This document shows positions 54,661 through 64,000 of a stretch of DNA of 64,000 nt, piece by piece (positions within the stretch are counted from its first letter, which is position 1; every line of letters starts with the position of its first letter). Under the pieces are notes generated by a model, which saw only the letters and a list, made by a program, of their open reading frames with translations, made no database searches and was not told where the DNA came from. Source of the DNA: Candidatus Latescibacterota bacterium (lineage in GTDB: Bacteria; Latescibacterota; UBA2968; UBA8231); NCBI GenBank assembly GCA_965197905.1, contig CBDAOB010000004.1:256001-320000 (forward strand), given 5' to 3'. A program made the translations under genes and the position numbers.

Positions 54661-56676
54661 ATGAGCCAACCGCCCCCGACCGATCCCGAGTCGACGCCCG
54701 CGCCGAAACCACCTGCAGTTGGTCGCGAAAACTCGGAGCACGCGCCGCCACTGATTACCCGGCGGGCGATCGTGCTCGGCATTCTCACCATCACCGGCAT
54801 GTTCTATTACATCGTCCAGGTGGGAGAGGGCCTCGGCGTTGCCCAGTTCGTGAAGGGGGAGCTGCCGATGGCGTTCTGGATGCCGTTCGTGATCTGGATC
54901 TTCCTCAACATCGGCATCAAACGGCTGTGGCCCCGCATCGCCTTGCGCCAGGGGGAGATGCTCACCCTGTTCGCGATGCTCTGGGTGGTGGGCACCATAC
55001 CGCAGCTGGGGTGGGCCAACTACTGGCTCTTCATCCTTACCGTGCCGACGGCGTTCGCCACCGTCGAGAACCAGTGGGCCGAAGCGTTCTTCGATTACAT
55101 GCCGTGGCACGTCTATCCGCCGGCCTCCACCGACTTCATGGATTATTTCTGGAACGGCCTGCCCGAGGGCATGGCGTTGCCATGGGACAGCTGGATGCCG
55201 GTGATGGCGCAATGGCTGAGTGTGAGCATGGGCATGCTGATCTTCGGGCTCTGCCTCTTAGTGGTGTTCAATCGGCAGTGGGTAGAGGCGGAGAAACTCT
55301 CCTTTCCGCTGGCGCAGATGCCGCAGGATCTTACCCGCGGTTTCGACGGCAAACGGCGCCTGCCCGACATCTTCTATACCCGGCTCTTCTGGGTGGGTTT
55401 TGCCCTGGTCTTCTTGCCCACCGCCTACAACATGATCACCTACTTCTCGCCGGGATTGCCCCAGGCGCGGCTCTACTGGGAACACTACAACCTGCAGATG
55501 GGTCCCCACGTGCCAAGAGGCATCTGGTTTCGCGTCATGCCGCTGGTGATCGCCATGACCTACCTCTGTCCGCTCGATATCATGGGTAGTCTGCTGGCGT
55601 TCTACGCACTGACGATTCCCAAGGAGTGGATCATGCGCCGGGTCGGGTTCTCGGCGGGCGCCCCCGACCAGGAGATCGGCCCGATCGAGGTCCTGTACAT
55701 GGAGAGTTACGGGGCGCTGATCTTCATCGCCTTCTGGTCGATCTGGCTGGCGCGCCGGCATTTGCGCGGCGTGTGGCACCAGGTGCGCTACGGCAGTGGC
55801 GATCGCAGGGACGTGCGCCTCTACCGCTGGGCGCTGGCGGGCATGGCGTTTTCGATGATCTACGTCGTTTCCTGGGCGGTGACTCTTGGGGTCAGCTTGC
55901 CGCTGGCGCTCCTCACCTTCGTTTTGATGGCGTTGGTCTACTTCGTCACCTCCAAATTGATCGCCGCCACTGGGTTTGCCTATCTTTTTCCCAACGATCC
56001 GCACCTGAAGGGTGAGACGTTTGTCATCGATCTCATCGGCACGACCAACTTGGAGAACCGGAACCTCGTCGCCTACAAGGTCTTCACTAGCAAGGCATTC
56101 TTCGGCGACCTGCGGCTGCAGGCGTGGCCGGCGGTGACCCACGTCCTGCGCATCTTTTCGCTACGGTTGCAACCGGCGTGGATCGCTGCTCTGGTGATCG
56201 TGGCGTATCCGGTCGGTTTCATCATCGGCATGGGGGCCACCATCGATCTCGCCTACGAGGTAGGTGGCGGCCCGATGGCTGGCGCGGCCACCCTGTTCGT
56301 GGCGGTCTACGACCGCACCGCCCATCTGTTGCTCAACCCGACCTCGCCTGATGTCGAGAAGACGTTACTATGGATCATGGGTTTTTTCGAAGCGGCCGGG
56401 ATCGCTTATCTGCGGGCGCGCTTCCACTGGTTCCCGATTCATCCCCTGGGGTTGGCGTTTCAGTACACCTTCGGTACCTGGCTCTACTGGTTCAGCCTTT
56501 TCCTGGTCTGGTGTGCCAAGCTGGCGGTGCTGCGTATAGGTGGCGTGCAGGCGTTTCTTACCGGGAAACCACTGTTCTACGGTCTCGCTATCGGATACGT
56601 GGTGGGTGTGACCATCTCCGGATTGGTGGATCTGGCCTGGTTCCCCTCCGAAGCCCATCGAGTGCACGACTGGTAG
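54661..56676 (+). CDS. Large multi-pass membrane protein (DUF6785/DUF6784-like, possibly OPT-fold transporter)
   Basis: Many TM segments; RQWVEAEKLSFPLAQ, RARFHWFPIHPLG, GKPLFYGL; GAGGA SD before ATG 54661. Confidence 0.75.
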   Translation: MSQPPPTDPESTPAPKPPAVGRENSEHAPPLITRRAIVLGILTITGMFYYIVQVGEGLGVAQFVKGELPMAFWMPFVIWIFLNIGIKRLWPRIALRQGEMLTLFAMLWVVGTIPQLGWANYWLFILTVPTAFATVENQWAEAFFDYMPWHVYPPASTDFMDYFWNGLPEGMALPWDSWMPVMAQWLSVSMGMLIFGLCLLVVFNRQWVEAEKLSFPLAQMPQDLTRGFDGKRRLPDIFYTRLFWVGFALVFLPTAYNMITYFSPGLPQARLYWEHYNLQMGPHVPRGIWFRVMPLVIAMTYLCPLDIMGSLLAFYALTIPKEWIMRRVGFSAGAPDQEIGPIEVLYMESYGALIFIAFWSIWLARRHLRGVWHQVRYGSGDRRDVRLYRWALAGMAFSMIYVVSWAVTLGVSLPLALLTFVLMALVYFVTSKLIAATGFAYLFPNDPHLKGETFVIDLIGTTNLENRNLVAYKVFTSKAFFGDLRLQAWPAVTHVLRIFSLRLQPAWIAALVIVAYPVGFIIGMGATIDLAYEVGGGPMAGAATLFVAVYDRTAHLLLNPTSPDVEKTLLWIMGFFEAAGIAYLRARFHWFPIHPLGLAFQYTFGTWLYWFSLFLVWCAKLAVLRIGGVQAFLTGKPLFYGLAIGYVVGVTISGLVDLAWFPSEAHRVHDW

Positions 56677-56725
56677 CATCCGCTAACGGCAGGATGTCAC
56701 CGTCCTAAAAATCTGGAGACTAAAA

Positions 56726-57715
56726 ATGGAGACGTATCCGTTTATACAGGTTGGTGTCGCCAACCGCGGCGCCAACATTCTCGATGACCTGCTGGAGGGT
56801 TATGCGGACCGTTTCAAACCGCTCGCGCTCGTCGATGCAATGCCGGAGTATCTCACCGAAGCGAAGCAAAAGTCGGGTCTGGAGAACATTGCCACCTACC
56901 AACATTTAAACGAATCCGTAGCGGCGCAGCCGAACGCCGAAGTCGTCGTGATCGTAACGCCGGCACGATTCCACTATGCGCTGGTCAAGGAGGCGCTGGA
57001 GGCAGGCAAGCATGTCTGGGTGGAAAAACCGCTGACCTACAGCTATTCCGAAGCGGTCGAGCTGGAGGCGCTCGCCAAAAAGCAAGGCAGGGCGGTCGTG
57101 ATCGGGAACCAGTATCAGTACGGCCTGATGGAGAGGCAGCTGCAGCGGCTGGTGCTGAGCGGCGACTACGGGAAACCTTATCTGCTGATGTACAACCATC
57201 ACCGCCATCGCCCTGTGATGCGGGCCTTCACCGGCGAATATCCGGCGCTGTGGGAGCAGGGAGTCCACTCCCTCGATTCGATGCTCGCCATTCTCGGCCA
57301 TCCCGACCTGAAGAGTGTCTATGCGCTGGGACAGAAACCACAGCACTCGAACTACAACAGCGATACCATGACCAATGTTCTGACCGAGTTTACTAACGGT
57401 GTTCAAGCCCATCTCCTGGTCACCTTCGACTCGCAGAGCAACGACTGCGTGATTCGCGTGGAGTGCAGCGAGGCTGCGTTACAGCTGGTGAAGAGCAAGG
57501 GCGAGATAGAAGTGCTGGTCGAAGATGAGGTCCGGGAAACGGTGGGTCCGGCCGAGGATATCGATCCGGCCATCTGCGATCCCTACATGGCTCTGTACAC
57601 CTCCATAACCACGGACCGCGTCACACCGACGGCGATAGAAGTTAATCTGAAAACGATCCAGTGGATCGATGCGGCGGTGCGTTCCTTGGACACCCGATCG
57701 ATCATCAGTTTGTGA
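56726..57715 (+). CDS. Gfo/Idh/MocA oxidoreductase
   Basis: IVTP..FH, GKHVWVEKP, EQGVHSLD. Confidence 0.88.
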   Translation: METYPFIQVGVANRGANILDDLLEGYADRFKPLALVDAMPEYLTEAKQKSGLENIATYQHLNESVAAQPNAEVVVIVTPARFHYALVKEALEAGKHVWVEKPLTYSYSEAVELEALAKKQGRAVVIGNQYQYGLMERQLQRLVLSGDYGKPYLLMYNHHRHRPVMRAFTGEYPALWEQGVHSLDSMLAILGHPDLKSVYALGQKPQHSNYNSDTMTNVLTEFTNGVQAHLLVTFDSQSNDCVIRVECSEAALQLVKSKGEIEVLVEDEVRETVGPAEDIDPAICDPYMALYTSITTDRVTPTAIEVNLKTIQWIDAAVRSLDTRSIISL

Positions 57716-57761
57716 GGGTCCGGTTCCGGTCCCAACGGCGGCAGTCCTCGCCCGCAGGGGC

Positions 57762-58574
57762 TTAGTCGTTCACCGAGCTAAACCGAAAGACCTGCTGCGT
57801 CCTTTCAGGAATGTCATTCCAGACCTCCTGGCGAAACCCCATTGTTTGGTGTTGGCCGTGGAATGCACGGCGGTAGACCAGCGATAGCATGGTCCGGACC
57901 TTCTTGGTCTTGTTGGGCATGCCCCGGTGCCACATTCGCCCATCACGCAACACGATGCTCCCCATCGGCGCCAGCATTCTGCACGAGGTCCGTTCGCCCG
58001 TTATTGAATCAAAGTTACGGATGTCCCCGAGATATGGTCCCGGATAAAGGTGAGTACCCGGCCAGAGCTCGGTGGCACCAGTCTTCTCATTGAAAGAGAC
58101 CAGGGGAATGCTGGCCGTCAAAGCCGACGGGGGCAGCGCATACGGGAGATTCTCGAACAGCGGATCGTGGTCGCGGTGAGCATGCTGCGCCCGTGAACCG
58201 GGCCATGAGTTGTTGGTATTGTACGCAGCGCAGAAGAAATCGGACCCGAGTACCTGATCCAGAATCGGCACGACGAACGGATTCGTCACCACCTTCGGGT
58301 CCATGAACGGCATCTCCTTGGGCACCCGCACGCCGAAGATCCCCTGGCCTTTGCCGAATGCGTGGGGTCTCTTTGTAGCCCTCGGAATTGCCCTGAAATG
58401 CTGCTGGTGCACCGCATCCATGGCGGCGCGAATCTCCTTCAAGAGCGCTGTTGGCATCACACCCTCCAGCACTACATAGCCCTCCTCGTCGAGCTTGGTC
58501 ACACAGTGCTCGAGTCGTGTCTTCGTCAGCTTTCCGCGCTTCAATTCCTGAGGCGTCGGTTTCATAACAGGCAT
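57762..58574 (-). CDS. PhyH family dioxygenase
   Basis: EEGYVVLE, AHRD, GATELWPGTH, WHRGMPN; GAGGAG SD. Confidence 0.87.
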   Translation of the reverse strand: MPVMKPTPQELKRGKLTKTRLEHCVTKLDEEGYVVLEGVMPTALLKEIRAAMDAVHQQHFRAIPRATKRPHAFGKGQGIFGVRVPKEMPFMDPKVVTNPFVVPILDQVLGSDFFCAAYNTNNSWPGSRAQHAHRDHDPLFENLPYALPPSALTASIPLVSFNEKTGATELWPGTHLYPGPYLGDIRNFDSITGERTSCRMLAPMGSIVLRDGRMWHRGMPNKTKKVRTMLSLVYRRAFHGQHQTMGFRQEVWNDIPERTQQVFRFSSVND

Positions 58575-58749
58575 TACTCCTCGCGGTTCTGCGCCTAGGC
58601 GACCGCACTCGATGGATGGCCACTCCCACAGCAATAGGGATTGATTGTCCTCGCTAGGCGACACACTAATAACTGCTGTCACCCCTAGAATTCAATAGCA
58701 GGGAGATGGATTTCGAAGACAGAGCGGCAGCGCCGTCGTCAAGCGCCGC

Positions 58750-60705
58750 TTACCACCGGTGCAACCGGTGACCCTCCACTGGAAACCACACTACGTCGAC
58801 GGCGGCACCGATAGCAACGCCAATTACGTACCCAATCCCCAGACCGTAGAAGAAGGGTTTGCCCGCCACATAAGCGCGAACCCCGCCGTAGCGCATTAGC
58901 AGTAGCTTGACGATCCAAACAATGGCGAGGGTGGACCAGTAGAGGTCCGGGCCAAAGGTTCCCTGAAAGGCAAGCCCCACCGGATGCAGCGGAAACCAGT
59001 GAAACCGGGCGCGCAGGAACGTCAGGACGGCGGCCTCGACCCAACCAATGGTAAAGATGCCGATCTTGCCCCAGTCCCAGACTGTCAGATTCCTCAACCA
59101 GTAGACCAGCGGATCCCAGAACACGCCCGTGATCCAGCTTTCCGTCCTCATGGAGTAGCTGGTCCGCAGATAGCCACCCTCAATGGAACCCAGGGCAGCC
59201 GCCAGAAAACCGGTCGCGAAAGCTCCCGCGACGACGGTAGGCGCCCAACCCCACTGGTCCCGCAGCGAGAAAACCCGCAGGTGGTGGGTCAGGGCCGGCC
59301 ACACGGGAATGACGAAGGTTCCGAAGAAGGCGCGGCTGGTGAACAGCCTGAAGGCAGTAATGCTACGATGGGACAGGTGGCTGGTACCTATGAGATCTAC
59401 TATAACGGGCGCCCCCTTGAGAAACGGGCGCAGCGGCATCAAGTAGGCGAAACCCGTAGCCGCAATCAGTTTTGACGTGGCGAAGAAGGTCAGTGACATG
59501 AGGACGAAGGTTGCTGCCGCCAGAACCGGTGGCATTCCCAGGCTCGTGCCCCAGCCGACGATGTAGACAGCGGACAGGATCAAGCCGGCCCAGGCCACCC
59601 GGTAGATTCCGGCCATCCTTTTGTCACCGGTACCGCCGCGCGCCAGGCGCCAGGTCGTTCGCAGATGCCGGCGGGCCGCCCATACAGCCCAGAAGGCGAT
59701 AAACATCAAGGCGCCGTAGCTCTCCATGAAGAGAATCCTCTCGCCGACGATCTGTTGCCCTTCTTCACCAACCCCGAGGCCCAGCCCATTGATCGCTCCA
59801 CCCTTCAGCGTACTCAACAGTCGGAAGAGAACGAGGCTTCCGAGAATGTCCACCGGACACAGATAGGTGAAGGTCATGACGATCGGCATGTAGCGCAGTT
59901 TGATAGATGCCCATTCACCAAGGTTCACACGCATATAGCGAGTCAGAAACTGGAACTCTAAAAGACCGGGGGTGAAAAAGGTGACGATGTTGTAGAGGAT
60001 CGGCACGATGGCTACGGCGAATCCGATCCAGAAAAGGTAGGTGTAAAACAGTGCGGGAAGCGCTTTGTCTTGCCGTCCTCGAAGCAGATCCACAGGCACT
60101 TGGGCAAGTGGAAACGTCAGTTTTTCGTGCTGCTCCCACTGACGCTGGAAGAGTACTGTGACGCAGAATCCGAAGATCACCATCGCCATGGAAACGCCGA
60201 ACCACTGCGCCAGAGGGCCGGTCCACGCCTCCCACGGCACGCCGGCTCCCTGGCGTAGCCCGAGAAAGAACGGATCAATGACACGCTCCGTTGCTGTCGG
60301 GAATAGATGCCATGGCAGATAATCGAAGAACGCCTCGGCATATCCGTTCTCGTGCGACGCGTAATATGTGGGCGAGGCCAGGATCAGAGCCCAGTAGCCC
60401 AGCCAGATCGGCACCCCGCCCACGACCCAGAGCATGATCAGGATGGTGAGCAGCTCGCCCTTGCGCAGTGCCAGGGCGGGGACAATCAGTTTGAGCAGGA
60501 TGTTGAGGAAGAGCCAGAGGACGAACGGGATGAATACCGCCATCGGGAACTGCGACATGGCGAAGTGGCCCGATACGGAGACCCGTTTGATGAAATAGAA
60601 CGTGGCCGCGATCGTGAGCAGACCAAGAACGAAACCGCGCAGGGTTATTCGCGGCTGGCCGTTTTCCCTTGTGGTCTGAGTCATCGCCGAATCCCCGGTA
60701 GGCAC
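58750..60705 (-). CDS. Second large multi-pass membrane protein, paralog of 54661..56676
   Basis: QRQWEQHEKLTFPLAQ, MESYGAL, SKLIAATGFAYL, RARFHWFPLHPVG, GKPFFYGL. Confidence 0.75.
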   Translation of the reverse strand: MPTGDSAMTQTTRENGQPRITLRGFVLGLLTIAATFYFIKRVSVSGHFAMSQFPMAVFIPFVLWLFLNILLKLIVPALALRKGELLTILIMLWVVGGVPIWLGYWALILASPTYYASHENGYAEAFFDYLPWHLFPTATERVIDPFFLGLRQGAGVPWEAWTGPLAQWFGVSMAMVIFGFCVTVLFQRQWEQHEKLTFPLAQVPVDLLRGRQDKALPALFYTYLFWIGFAVAIVPILYNIVTFFTPGLLEFQFLTRYMRVNLGEWASIKLRYMPIVMTFTYLCPVDILGSLVLFRLLSTLKGGAINGLGLGVGEEGQQIVGERILFMESYGALMFIAFWAVWAARRHLRTTWRLARGGTGDKRMAGIYRVAWAGLILSAVYIVGWGTSLGMPPVLAAATFVLMSLTFFATSKLIAATGFAYLMPLRPFLKGAPVIVDLIGTSHLSHRSITAFRLFTSRAFFGTFVIPVWPALTHHLRVFSLRDQWGWAPTVVAGAFATGFLAAALGSIEGGYLRTSYSMRTESWITGVFWDPLVYWLRNLTVWDWGKIGIFTIGWVEAAVLTFLRARFHWFPLHPVGLAFQGTFGPDLYWSTLAIVWIVKLLLMRYGGVRAYVAGKPFFYGLGIGYVIGVAIGAAVDVVWFPVEGHRLHRW

Positions 60706-60769
60706 GGATCGAAACTGGAACGTTGGATTGGAGAGGTCTCGAGGATTGTGTGTAAGCTTACGTGTTAAG

Positions 60770-61570
60770 TCAGAATTCCAAGACGCACAAACCCAACAGC
60801 ACCGGCACCCCGTCGACGGCCAAAGCGTATTTCAGGCGCCCGCTGCGAGCGGGCAGCAATCGTGCATAGGCGGCGGTTATCAAGGCCGCCGTGATGAGCG
60901 GCACTCGAAGCCCAGCCCCGGCGACTGCCGCCGCCAGAGCGACCCCAAGGCAGAGCGTCAGGCACAACCGGCGCGTCCCGGCCACTCCCAGTATGACCGG
61001 CACGGTGTGAATGCCGGCGCGCGCGTCGTCTACTCGGTCCCGCAGATCGAAGAAGCAGACATTGCACAGCACCAGGCCGAACAGGAAAACAGCCATCATG
61101 GCGATTCGTGACCCGGCGGGCAGGATCTCTTGTGCCGGCCACACCCATAAAACCGGTACGGCTACGGCCGCAGTTGTCAGGGAAGCGGCCACAAAGAACG
61201 GTTTTACACCCGCAAGCTCGCGTAGTCGACGACCACGAATCGGTGCACCATAAAGCAAGGCGGGAACCGCACCCAGGGCGACGACAATAACTGCCACGGT
61301 GGGTGCAGAAAGCAGCTGGACGCCCAAGCTCAGGAAACCAATGGCCAGGGTGTACCATCGCACGGGTTGGGCGCGCATGCGTCCGTCAAAGAAATCGTCG
61401 ACGGCGTAGATCAGTAACGTCGCGCTGAACACGATGCCCGCAGCTGACATCCCCGTCGAAAGTCCCAAGGCGGTGGCGGCAAACAGGGTCAGACCGGCGG
61501 CCGCCGCCGACACCCACAGATGGGTGTCCACCAGCCCCCGTTCCAAGACCCGGTGCACCTTGCTTTTCAT
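60770..61570 (-). CDS. UbiA prenyltransferase family protein
   Basis: Asp-rich motifs YAVDDFFD and FDLRDRVDDARAGIHTVP; multi-TM. Confidence 0.8.
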   Translation of the reverse strand: MKSKVHRVLERGLVDTHLWVSAAAAGLTLFAATALGLSTGMSAAGIVFSATLLIYAVDDFFDGRMRAQPVRWYTLAIGFLSLGVQLLSAPTVAVIVVALGAVPALLYGAPIRGRRLRELAGVKPFFVAASLTTAAVAVPVLWVWPAQEILPAGSRIAMMAVFLFGLVLCNVCFFDLRDRVDDARAGIHTVPVILGVAGTRRLCLTLCLGVALAAAVAGAGLRVPLITAALITAAYARLLPARSGRLKYALAVDGVPVLLGLCVLEF

Positions 61571-62280
61571 GACGGCTCCGGCTTCCTCTCCGCCACGAGC
61601 CCTTCAATCCAGCGCGGCCCGACGCCAAACAGGCCGAAGCGTCGACGTTCGCTTACCAAAAATCCCGCAGTCGCCAGGTGACCCGGCAGGTCGTGCACCG
61701 CATGTATTGCGTTGGCCCCGAAGCGCGCGAAGAAACGCATGGGTAGATCGTGATAAGCCTTTTGCAGTGGATGTCGTCCACCGTCCAAGGGCGCGAAATC
61801 ACCGACGATGAGGCGGCCCCCGGGCCTCAGGTGACCGGCCAAGGTTTCGAGCACTTGCGGGAGCTGGGTTGGCGCGAAAACGTTCAGGAAGAACTGTGCG
61901 ACGACGGCGTCATAACATCCCGTTTTAGGCAGCTGCAACAGATCGTCGTGCACCAAATCGACGGCATGATCGACGCCCGCCCGACGCAGGCGGTGCCGTG
62001 CGCTCTGGATCATGGCGCGGCAGCTGTCCACCGCCGTTACTGACAGACCCGCTTGTGCCGCCCAAGGCAGATCGGCGCCAGGGCCGGGTCCGGCGAACAA
62101 CACCCGCGAGCCGGTGGGAAGGCGCTCTACCGCCCAGCGTTGGCACGCAGGGATCGCGCCCCCGCTGTAGCAGCGAGCCATTGATGCGTAGAGCGGAGCG
62201 AAAGGTCCGTAGGTTGAGCGTGCCGGCGTAGCGGAAGTGTGGGACATGCACACAAGATCGTACTTGAACCGCGTACTCAC
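61567..62280 (-). CDS. Class I SAM-dependent methyltransferase
   Basis: RVLFAGPGPG, VTAVD, YDAVVAQFFL, LRPGGRLIVGD; start may be slightly downstream of the ORF-track start. Confidence 0.85.
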   Translation of the reverse strand: MSTRFKYDLVCMSHTSATPARSTYGPFAPLYASMARCYSGGAIPACQRWAVERLPTGSRVLFAGPGPGADLPWAAQAGLSVTAVDSCRAMIQSARHRLRRAGVDHAVDLVHDDLLQLPKTGCYDAVVAQFFLNVFAPTQLPQVLETLAGHLRPGGRLIVGDFAPLDGGRHPLQKAYHDLPMRFFARFGANAIHAVHDLPGHLATAGFLVSERRRFGLFGVGPRWIEGLVAERKPEPS

Positions 62281-62302
62281 CAGATCCCTAGTTGTGTCTC
62301 GC

Positions 62303-63157
62303 CTACTTCTGGGATCCCGCCTTGCCGGTGAGACGGCGCTTGCGCGCCTCGTAATCTTCCTCCGCCTGGTCCAGCATCAGTTCCGGCGCCGGCAGACGGG
62401 CCAGCAGCTCCGGACGCTCGCGAACAAAACCCTCGCCGTAACTCGTCCGCAGGGTTCTGCCCATCTGGCCGACCTCGACCATCAAGCGACTGCGCGCCAA
62501 CTCCGGGTCGTGACCTTGCGATTCGTAGAAAGCCTCACCCTGTACGCGCTTTTCGAACCATTCTGGGGACAGCTCGACCACGAAGTCCAGCTGGGAGCGA
62601 TCGAATACCTCGCCCGGCCAGTAGGTAAGCGGTACGTTGTGCGGCGATCGTTCCACCCCCAGGCGTGGGTAACCTGCTTGCTCCTTCGCTTCGAGGGCCG
62701 CCCGTCCAACCTCGGTGTGGTCGGAGCGGTGGGCTACCGGTCGCAAATCGTCGGTAAAGGGAGACTCGGTGATAAGAATGTGGGGACGCACCTCGCGGAT
62801 GAGATCTGCTAGCTGGTCGACTACTTCCGGATACTGCTGCAGGGTAAACGGCTTGTCCGGAAAGTTGAGCATGCGGACATCGGTGACACCGAACAAGGCG
62901 GCGGCCTTGCGCATCTCCTTTGCTTTCTGCTCGATGTAGTCATCGATCGACTCGTTGATTATGTCAGGATCGCGGTCCGCTTCCGGCTTTCTGAGCTCGT
63001 CCAGGTAGAGCTCCCGATGGGTAGTTCCACCGTGGGTCACGATACACACGGTCGCCTCGTCTCCGCTTGCGCTGTGGATTCCCAAGGTGCCCGAAAACCA
63101 CGTCCAGTCGTGGGGATGAGCCGAGACGGTTAGTATGCGCAGCTTCTGTCGGTCCAA
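62303..63157 (-). CDS. PIG-L/LmbE family deacetylase
   Basis: SAHPHD, EMRKAA.LFG, IREVRPHILIT, HRSDH, YESQ. Confidence 0.8.
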   Translation of the reverse strand: MDRQKLRILTVSAHPHDWTWFSGTLGIHSASGDEATVCIVTHGGTTHRELYLDELRKPEADRDPDIINESIDDYIEQKAKEMRKAAALFGVTDVRMLNFPDKPFTLQQYPEVVDQLADLIREVRPHILITESPFTDDLRPVAHRSDHTEVGRAALEAKEQAGYPRLGVERSPHNVPLTYWPGEVFDRSQLDFVVELSPEWFEKRVQGEAFYESQGHDPELARSRLMVEVGQMGRTLRTSYGEGFVRERPELLARLPAPELMLDQAEEDYEARKRRLTGKAGSQK

Positions 63158-63258
63158 ATTTGTTCCTCCCTTCAGGTGTTTGCCATGACTGTCGTACTAT
63201 AACTCGTCGCCCAGCATCTCGCTGTTGTGCCCGACGAGGAACTTGGCGCCGCACCGAA

Positions 63259-64000
63259 TCAATTTTCCAGGCGCCACATCTCCAACGGATGGCGCCGCTC
63301 CGCCATAGGCAATGCCACGCGCCGACCACCTTCGCGATGCGACTGGTAGAGCCCCAGGATCATTTCGAACGCGGCACGACCCTCCTCGCCACTGCTGGGG
63401 GGTTCGCCGCCGCTGTCGCGTGCCGCCATCAGCTCGCGGTACATAGTGGCCATAGCGGAGTCCTCTCCGGTCTCACTCACATCGACCGGCTGCCAATCAC
63501 CTAAGTCGGAAGGTCCACCGTCCATCGGACGGGGCAGATGCCAGAGATCGTGACCGACCGCGCTGGCTGCACGGATCGCAAGCTGCCCCTTGGTGCCAAG
63601 CACGTCCACACCGTAACTGGAAATGTAGGTCTTCTCATAGCCGAGGAAGTGAATCTCGCCCAGGATGCCTCCGGGAAATCCATATTGTCCAAGGGCGCGT
63701 TCCCCCATGACCAGGCCCGAATCGCGATCTCGCGGTGACATCTTCTTGGACTCCATGATGTCGCCGATTTCACCCGGCCGGCCTTCCCAATACACCGTTC
63801 CCGAGCACCATTCGGCCGGGCCGCCGAAGCAGAGCATCATGTCGGTTGTGTGGGTGCCCATCTCCATGAACTCATTGCCGCTCTTGCGTCCACACTTGTT
63901 GCGACCCCGTATCATCACCACGTCTCCGATCAGCCCTTCCCGCACCAGGGCCTGTCCCTTGCGGAGGTTAGATTTTACGTGGTTCTGCTGATTGATCGCC
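63259..64000 (-). CDS. Gfo/Idh/MocA oxidoreductase, C-terminal part (5' end outside window)
   Basis: GLIGDV, EMGTHTTD, GTKG, YQSHREG...VALP. Confidence 0.78.
   Translation of the reverse strand, partial: AINQQNHVKSNLRKGQALVREGLIGDVVMIRGRNKCGRKSGNEFMEMGTHTTDMMLCFGGPAEWCSGTVYWEGRPGEIGDIMESKKMSPRDRDSGLVMGERALGQYGFPGGILGEIHFLGYEKTYISSYGVDVLGTKGQLAIRAASAVGHDLWHLPRPMDGGPSDLGDWQPVDVSETGEDSAMATMYRELMAARDSGGEPPSSGEEGRAAFEMILGLYQSHREGGRRVALPMAERRHPLEMWRLEN

Noticed and set aside
1..64000. rRNA, tRNA, known riboswitch, IS element or anti-phage defence system
   Set aside because: None recognised by eye; intergenic gaps are short. An Rfam/DefenseFinder scan would be needed to exclude them formally.

Overview
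A GC-rich, gene-dense bacterial chromosomal segment with about 50 protein-coding genes. I saw no rRNA, tRNA, CRISPR array or IS element. The left end holds an overlapping minus-strand DNA-repair cluster: a UvrC lacking its C-terminal half, ogt, and a XerD-like recombinase with an altered GKG motif that runs off the window. Transcribed away from it is a giant secreted protein of about 2,100 aa, with about 20 fibronectin-III-like repeats and a C-terminal 'PNPFN' FlgD-Ig/sorting-type domain. It is split by a 1-nt frameshift near 7233. The rest is mostly small-molecule and carbohydrate catabolism: eight PhyH-family Fe/2OG dioxygenases, glycoside-hydrolase-like and BNR/sialidase-like proteins, a sialate O-acetylesterase, and Gfo/Idh/MocA, SDR, aldo-keto, LLM, enolase-superfamily and amidohydrolase enzymes. 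Also present are a CpxP/CpxR/CpxA-like operon with a perfect CpxR-type box, a secreted MsrAB, a GT-C-like membrane protein, two paralogous large OPT-like membrane proteins, and a methyltransferase-UbiA pair. The gene repertoire suggests a Candidatus Latescibacterota/Poribacteria-like organism (inference only). Both single-base frameshifts lie in or next to short homopolymers, which hints at long-read assembly errors. Many starts were moved from the ORF track to codons with a better Shine-Dalgarno (SD) sequence.
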